A stretch of 64,000 nucleotides of DNA from Nanobdellota archaeon (GTDB lineage: Archaea > Nanobdellota > Nanobdellia > Woesearchaeales > JBHPFW01). The stretch lies in the NCBI GenBank assembly GCA_042571645.1, contig JBHPFW010000002.1:3456-67455 (forward strand), in the 5' to 3' direction. Position 1 is the first letter of the stretch, and each line of letters opens with the position of its first letter. A program made the position numbers and the translations under genes. Of the stretch, positions 58,102-64,000 are shown in pieces. A model generated the notes under the pieces. The model did no database searches. It was not told where the DNA came from and saw nothing but the letters and a program-made list of their open reading frames with translations.

Positions 58102-60234
58102 CTAATAAACAGGTATCTTAGTGCTAGATTCTTTCAACTCTATGTTCTTGACCTTGCCTAAATCTTCTATCCTATTTATTCTTAACAAGCTAGGAGATTT
58201 TGTGTAGAGCAATTCCTCGATGTAGAGGCTTCTTTCAACTAGAGGTTGATATCTATAGTTATTGCTGCTTTCTGCCATTGAATGGTCTATTAAGCCACGA
58301 AGCTCAATTTCGTCTTTGGTTATCTTAAACACAAATGCGCCATTATAGCTTTCATCTTCATCCCTATAACTTCTGCTATGAGCAGGTATCACAAGCATTT
58401 CTTTTTCTTTGGAAAACAAGAATGCCTTATGCTCATACAAAGCACTAGAGTCTGAGTAACGTTCATCTGCAATATAATTAGCTATTTCTTTTGGATTCTC
58501 AAAATCACTAACATCAAACAATGAAATTTTTAAGCCTTTCTGACGGCCAGTTTCTGTTGCATCTTTGCCAATACCAATTATTGTATTTTCATCATAAGGA
58601 TGAAGATATCTTGAAAATCCTGGAATCTTTAATTCACCAAGCTCTACAATATTGCTAGGATCAGCTAAGTCAATTACAAAGAATGGATCAACCTGCCTGA
58701 AAGTAACCATATACAATTTGTCTCTGATAAATCTTGTTGAGAAAATTCTTTCTCCTTCTGCTAGGCCTTCAAGTTCATCCAATATTTCAAGATCTTTGTC
58801 CAGTGTGTATATATTGTTAGTTGACTGGGATCTTTCTTTGCTGAATCTTGACCATCTTGGGCTTACTGTAGTAGCAATTCTAAAAACATCATCATATTCG
58901 TCCATAGAAAACTGATTCAGCACTTGCCCAGGAACTTTGCCATTAGCTTCTGGTTTGATTGAGGCTTTATCCACATTGATTTTATTTATTATTGTAAATT
59001 CAAAGAACTTGAATTCTTCTAATTTTTTGGTGAGAGAAGCTTCAACATCATCTTCAAGCTCATCTTGGTCTTCCTGCGACATAAAGTTTATGTAGGTCTG
59101 ATAAATCTGCCAAATCTTGTTTTCTTTTTCTTGTCTGGAAAGAACATCATTGTCTGTTGCTTTGATTTTTTCTATTACTTTTTTGTCTGCATTGGACAAT
59201 TTATCTTCTAATAAATCTATAGTTATTTCTCTTCTTAAATCCCACTCATTTATACGTTCTGTATAAGTAATGTAGATATTATCCTGAGACATGTACATAT
59301 TTCTAGAGCCTTCAACAGCAATAGTCTTTGATGAAACATCTTCTGAAGGATTCTTTAGATTAATTGCATTAATATTTACAAACTGAGCATTTTGGTAAGG
59401 AATGTCAAAGTAAAAAATATCCTCTACTGCCACAGATCTCATTACATTATCCTCAAATATCACCGGCATCGGAATTGGCCTATGAACCATACCTGAAGAT
59501 GTTATGAAATACGCATAGCCATTAGTCATTCTTGCTCTGAAATACCTGCCTTCAAACTTGTATTCCTTTGTTAATTCAGGATTATTTCTGTCAGAGATAT
59601 CATATATGTTAAAGAAAGTCATTCCATTAACCGGCCTAAAATCAATTTCATTGAAATAATCATTATCATAGAAGTTTCCAAACACAGCTAAATTATCGCC
59701 ATTGATGAATATGCTTTCTGGTTTGTTATCAAACTTAATTGTGGAAACAATCTCTGCATCTTCTCCAGGATATGCTTTTATTATGTAAAGAACTTTTTTT
59801 GAAACAGTGTATATATAGTTGCCGTCTGTTTTGATTATATCTGCTTCATCTACACCTTTAACTTGGATGTTTGTTTCTGAAAAATCAGTTGGAGCCTGAG
59901 CAATTTCTCCACCTGCTTTTGCTGTTGGAGCTGCCATTGGAACAGATTCTTCCATAACTGCCATGTCCATATCAACCATGGCATTTCTTTCCATCATAAT
60001 CCCGCCATAATATCCTGAGCCTTGATTTTCTTTTATGAAATTCAGAAGTTCTGTTTCTGACTGAAATTGTTTTGTGACAATTTCTTCATCATAACTTAAA
60101 GTTGATGTGGAATAAGTGCCAGGATCTATTGTGACCGAAGGAGGACTTGGCGGTCTTGGTTGTTCGCATGCTATTGTAAAAAACATCAAAGAAATTAAAA
60201 GAATGCTTATTATAATTTGATTTTTTTGTTTCAT
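58102..60234 (-). CDS. Secreted beta-propeller domain protein (Beta_propel family)
   Basis: Signal peptide plus Cys; FSETNIQVKGVDEADIIKTDG, NQFSMDEY, VTFRQVDP, GELKIPGFSRYLHP. Confidence 0.9.
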   Translation of the reverse strand: MKQKNQIIISILLISLMFFTIACEQPRPPSPPSVTIDPGTYSTSTLSYDEEIVTKQFQSETELLNFIKENQGSGYYGGIMMERNAMVDMDMAVMEESVPMAAPTAKAGGEIAQAPTDFSETNIQVKGVDEADIIKTDGNYIYTVSKKVLYIIKAYPGEDAEIVSTIKFDNKPESIFINGDNLAVFGNFYDNDYFNEIDFRPVNGMTFFNIYDISDRNNPELTKEYKFEGRYFRARMTNGYAYFITSSGMVHRPIPMPVIFEDNVMRSVAVEDIFYFDIPYQNAQFVNINAINLKNPSEDVSSKTIAVEGSRNMYMSQDNIYITYTERINEWDLRREITIDLLEDKLSNADKKVIEKIKATDNDVLSRQEKENKIWQIYQTYINFMSQEDQDELEDDVEASLTKKLEEFKFFEFTIINKINVDKASIKPEANGKVPGQVLNQFSMDEYDDVFRIATTVSPRWSRFSKERSQSTNNIYTLDKDLEILDELEGLAEGERIFSTRFIRDKLYMVTFRQVDPFFVIDLADPSNIVELGELKIPGFSRYLHPYDENTIIGIGKDATETGRQKGLKISLFDVSDFENPKEIANYIADERYSDSSALYEHKAFLFSKEKEMLVIPAHSRSYRDEDESYNGAFVFKITKDEIELRGLIDHSMAESSNNYRYQPLVERSLYIEELLYTKSPSLLRINRIEDLGKVKNIELKESSTKIPVY

Positions 60235-60296
60235 TTTTAGTTACCTCGTTGATATTTTATTAATATTTAATTTTACTATAATTTATGTTTTAACTT

Positions 60297-60402
60297 GAGT
60301 TCGCCAGGGCGAGTGCCAACAATGTGTTTTTGCATCTCGCAATCATGACAGGTGATGCAAAACAATTGGAAATACCTTAGCACTCTAGGCGCAGGCGAAC
60401 TT
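60297..60402 (-). repeat. Family A structured element, copy 6
   Basis: Reverse complement closely matches copy 3; begins 6 nt after the stop of 60408..61127. Confidence 0.93.
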
Positions 60403-60407
60403 AAGTT

Positions 60408-61127
60408 TTAATCATCATATTTTCTAATAATATAATCTACTAATACATAGCATGCAACACCGAATATTGCGCCTGCTGCAAAAAATAATGCTAATTCAAC
60501 AGGAGAAAATTGGGAAATATATGTTATTGCTCTTGAAGTTTCCTGAACAGCAGCATCTGTCACAACTGGTGCTGCTTGGACTGCTTTTTCAGAAACAGCA
60601 TCTGCTCCTGCAGCTAATGCTTCCTGTGCTACCTCCTGTGCTGCTGGAACTGCTTTTGCTGCTTCTGGTGCAACTTCAGCCATCATCTTTCTTGGTGCAA
60701 AAGATTCAGCAACAAAAATCTTTCCAAATGTTTTTGAAAACATGCCTATTAATGTTGCTGCTCCACCAGTTAGCAAAGCAACTGGCAAAATTCTCTTAAG
60801 TTTTTCAGCAAATCCTTCTGAAGGCTTTTTTGGAGCAATTATTACATAACGGTTTGCAAGTGAATAATGCAAAATTTCTCTGCCTTTTTTGCTGTAATGA
60901 AATTCCTCTGTCTCAACTAACTGGGCTTTTACAAGATTTTGAAGATTATAATGAACAGTAGATAATGGCAGATTGAGTTTTTCTGCAATTTTAGTCTCAG
61001 AATGCGGGGTTTCAGCTAGAATATCCAATATTTTCCTAGAAGTATCACTTGAAATGACTTGAGCAAGCTTTTTTGCTTTGTTATCTTCCAATGATACTAA
61101 CAGGAATTTTTTGTCTTTTTTTGCCAT
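60408..61127 (-). CDS. ArsR-family HTH regulator with C-terminal membrane helices
   Basis: SRKILDIL...LNLPLSTVHYNLQNL...SKKGRE...YSL, then hydrophobic segments. Confidence 0.85.
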   Translation of the reverse strand: MAKKDKKFLLVSLEDNKAKKLAQVISSDTSRKILDILAETPHSETKIAEKLNLPLSTVHYNLQNLVKAQLVETEEFHYSKKGREILHYSLANRYVIIAPKKPSEGFAEKLKRILPVALLTGGAATLIGMFSKTFGKIFVAESFAPRKMMAEVAPEAAKAVPAAQEVAQEALAAGADAVSEKAVQAAPVVTDAAVQETSRAITYISQFSPVELALFFAAGAIFGVACYVLVDYIIRKYDD

Positions 61128-61172
61128 GAAGCTTAGTAGATTGGACTTTTATTTAAATATGTTTTAATGTTC

Positions 61173-61194
61173 AATTTAGATCGAAGTCTAAATT
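61173..61194. promoter_or_regulatory. Inverted repeat upstream of the ArsR gene (possible operator)
   Basis: AATTTAGA-TCGAAG-TCTAAATT. Confidence 0.5.
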
Positions 61195-61397
61195 TGTCTG
61201 ATTTTCAGAATATTCTTCTTAAAATACAATATATACTTCCGATTAATAGCTAAAAATACTAAAAATCCTTTAAAAATGCTAAAAATCGTTCTTTTTAAAT
61301 AAAAATCCGAAAAAAAAATTAATTTTCTGAAAATCCGAAATCTTTATAAATGAATAATAGAGAAATAACACAAATCCTTCATACGAGCTATTGAAGA

Positions 61398-61688
61398 ATG
61401 AAAAAATATCCAAAGATTGTCCAATGCGACAGCAGAGGACAAATAGTAATACCAAAGGACATTCGTAGAGAGCTTAATATAGATGAAGGAACGGGCTTCT
61501 GGGTTTATGCTGTAACAGACGAAGGAATTCTTCTCAAAAAGATCGACACCCCCAATCTCGATCCGGATAGCAAAGAAATCCAGAAGCTCAAACTTAAATC
61601 TGAAAGACTTGGCATGAAAGAATCCAATGTAGATGAAACTGTAAAGAAATACAAGAAAACCAAAGAAGGCAATCTTGAATTAGTTTAA
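61398..61688 (+). CDS. AbrB/MazE/SpoVT-family DNA-binding protein
   Basis: DSRGQIVIPKDIRRELNI.EG. Confidence 0.9.
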   Translation: MKKYPKIVQCDSRGQIVIPKDIRRELNIDEGTGFWVYAVTDEGILLKKIDTPNLDPDSKEIQKLKLKSERLGMKESNVDETVKKYKKTKEGNLELV

Positions 61689-61711
61689 GATAATTAAAGA
61701 TCACAACTAAA

Positions 61712-64000
61712 ATGCAACACCTGACAAAAAACAAAAAATCAGAAATGGCAACATTAGCTGTAGTAATGGCAAGTGTAGTTGTAGGACTATTGGGAGTTGC
61801 AATGCTTACTAATTTAGGTAATGTTTTGACTGGTTATGCAACTATTAGCGGTATAGACATTTGTGGTTATTATGCAAATGAAGATGTTTTGTTAAGCGGA
61901 GATAGCACTAACTGTGCAAATGGAATAACTGTAAATGCAACTGACATAGTGATTGATTGTAATGGCCATACAATAATGGGACAAGGAGTGGGAACCCAGG
62001 GAATAATTGTTGGAAACAAAAGTGGTGTGACTATCAAAGATTGTGAGATTACAAATTTCACTGTTGGAATTAATTCCCAAGCAGAAAACACAAACATAAC
62101 AGGCAATACCTTCTCTGGTTATACAAGAGATGCTATTGCATTGATAGATGCCCAGAATGCAAATATCGAATTCAATACTTTTAATCCAAATGTTAGTTAT
62201 GGAGTTTATATGGAAGAAGGTGGAAACCACGAAATAATTTACAATGAGTTTGATATAATCTGTTATGGTATTCTCGGGGATAAGACTAATAATAATATAA
62301 TCAAAGAAAATTCAATTACTGGAATACCTAATGGATCCTATGGTTGTCCAGCTCCAGAAGGAAGAATTTCGGGATGGCATAATTCTGGAATTAAATTAGG
62401 AAGGTCAGATAACAATCAACTAATAAAAAATGTGATTTCAAACACAGGAAATGTTGGGCATTCACCTGGCGGCAGAGGTATATTCATAAGCTCTGGTTCA
62501 CAAAGCAATCTTATAGAAAATAACACCTGTTATAATAATACTGAAGCCCTTATAATTGGTCACGATGCCCAAATTACCTGGCCAAATAAATATTCTGATA
62601 ATAACATTGTTAGAAATAATGAATTTCAGAGTTCAAGAAGCACTTCTTCCATAATCCTAACAGGCGCACAATATAATCTAATTACAGGTAATCAAATTAT
62701 TGATTCTCTTGGAGATGGAATCAAAATCCATATAGGTAATGATAACAAGAAAACAAGCTATAATAACATCACAAACAATCTTCTGACATATGACACCAGT
62801 GGAAGCGGTGCCAATGGCATAGCAATCAGGAACGAGCTTATAGATCACGCTGAAGAAGAAATCACAGGAAATATAATTGACAACAACACAATCCTATACT
62901 ATAACTGGAAAGGTATTAGCATTGAATATGCAGATTCAACTACAATCAGCAATAATAAAATAAATGTCAGTGGGTCAGATTATAATCTTGTAATGACTTC
63001 CCAAGAAAATGTGACCAATACTGATGTCTTTGGAAACAGTTTTTATAATCAAGGTGTAAATGATGAAGGAACAAGCACCACTTTCTGTGTAAATTCTATT
63101 GGAAACAAATATTATAGTATAAGTGATTACGACGAATTCGGTGCAGATGAATGCGTACCAGAAACTGCACCTGCATTGCATATTCCTGATTATATCCAAA
63201 CCTCTTCTACACTTACTGTTGCAGGTTATACAAATAAATCAGGAATTAATGCAACAGTGGTTGGAGTGCAAGGAACACCTTATCAATCAGAAACAGAATT
63301 AGGAAGTGCTCAATCCGATTTAATTGAAACATGTACGGTTACAGGCAGCTGCTCAGGAACAAGTTGTAAAGTAGGCTGCAGCCAGGCAAGTGTTGGCAAT
63401 GGATTAAGATTAGCAGGACATGTAAAAGAAACAGGAAAAGACTATCTAATTGATGCAGTTGCACCGCAAGACCAAGGTGCTTGGCTGACTCTCTCAGATG
63501 ATATTGATGGAAGTCCTTTAATAGGTGAGACAGCATACATATATGAAAATGAAGAGCCAACAGGATGGTTTGATTTAGATATAACCTTGCAGCCAGGAGT
63601 GAATGTTATTACTGCATCTGGCCACAACCAAATAGGAGAAAGCGGCAATCAAAGCAATTATACAGTATTATATGAAGTAGCCACAGATGTGAGTGGAGCT
63701 AATGTTTGTGGTTATTTAGCAAATTCAAGTATTAGATTAACTTCAAGCACACCATCAGAATGCGCTGCTCATGGAATAATAGCAAACAAGGACAATATAA
63801 TAATTGACTGCAATAACAAAATAATTAATGGCAGTGGAAATTATAATGGTATTCACATAGGTGCTCATAACGGAGTTACTGTCAAAAATTGCATAATAAG
63901 AAATTTCACAAAGGGAATATACTCTGTTGGCAGCAATAATACTATGAAGTATAATAACATTCAAACAAATGAGTATGGAATTGAACACCAAACATCAAGC
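61712..64000 (+). CDS. Large secreted right-handed beta-helix (NosD/pectin-lyase-like) surface protein, runs off window end
   Basis: Manual translation MQHLTKNKKSEMATLAVVMASVVVGLLGVAM...LTGYAT, IDCNGHTI, VTIKDCEITNF; a second homologous module starts near 63690; same frame at the window end. Absent from the ORF track because it has no stop. Confidence 0.85.
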   Translation, partial: MQHLTKNKKSEMATLAVVMASVVVGLLGVAMLTNLGNVLTGYATISGIDICGYYANEDVLLSGDSTNCANGITVNATDIVIDCNGHTIMGQGVGTQGIIVGNKSGVTIKDCEITNFTVGINSQAENTNITGNTFSGYTRDAIALIDAQNANIEFNTFNPNVSYGVYMEEGGNHEIIYNEFDIICYGILGDKTNNNIIKENSITGIPNGSYGCPAPEGRISGWHNSGIKLGRSDNNQLIKNVISNTGNVGHSPGGRGIFISSGSQSNLIENNTCYNNTEALIIGHDAQITWPNKYSDNNIVRNNEFQSSRSTSSIILTGAQYNLITGNQIIDSLGDGIKIHIGNDNKKTSYNNITNNLLTYDTSGSGANGIAIRNELIDHAEEEITGNIIDNNTILYYNWKGISIEYADSTTISNNKINVSGSDYNLVMTSQENVTNTDVFGNSFYNQGVNDEGTSTTFCVNSIGNKYYSISDYDEFGADECVPETAPALHIPDYIQTSSTLTVAGYTNKSGINATVVGVQGTPYQSETELGSAQSDLIETCTVTGSCSGTSCKVGCSQASVGNGLRLAGHVKETGKDYLIDAVAPQDQGAWLTLSDDIDGSPLIGETAYIYENEEPTGWFDLDITLQPGVNVITASGHNQIGESGNQSNYTVLYEVATDVSGANVCGYLANSSIRLTSSTPSECAAHGIIANKDNIIIDCNNKIINGSGNYNGIHIGAHNGVTVKNCIIRNFTKGIYSVGSNNTMKYNNIQTNEYGIEHQTSS

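Noticed and set aside
9061-60402. Family A or B repeats as CRISPR repeats or known ribozymes
   Set aside because: Copies are single and dispersed with no spacers; no cas genes; I did not see hammerhead, twister, pistol or hatchet consensus cores.

Overview
AT-rich archaeal chromosomal window. A DPANN, Woesearchaeota-like origin is inferred from gene content (GatDE, Cdc6/Orc1, CDC48, aRF1, aIF5A, L40e, PINA ATPase, archease-RtcB) and protein style. Most of it is housekeeping genes mixed with orphan ORFs. No tRNA, rRNA or CRISPR array was recognised. Main observations: (1) a free-standing LAGLIDADG endonuclease gene sits in the 3' end of rtcB; the gene now ends in a recoded, more GC-rich tail and a second, apparently original tail lies 1.6 kb downstream; (2) six dispersed copies of a ~107-nt intergenic hairpin element with compensatory base changes, plus two copies of a different ~135-nt structured element; (3) a stand-alone methanogen-type SerRS catalytic domain beside deoxyhypusine synthase and an atypical PLP decarboxylase, although a canonical serS is also present; (4) a 16-bp palindrome at fixed spacing upstream of argF, argG and argH; (5) a Cys-free L40e preceded by a uORF/hairpin that could switch pairing onto its start codon. 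All calls come from reading the sequence and recalling family motifs; no searches were run.
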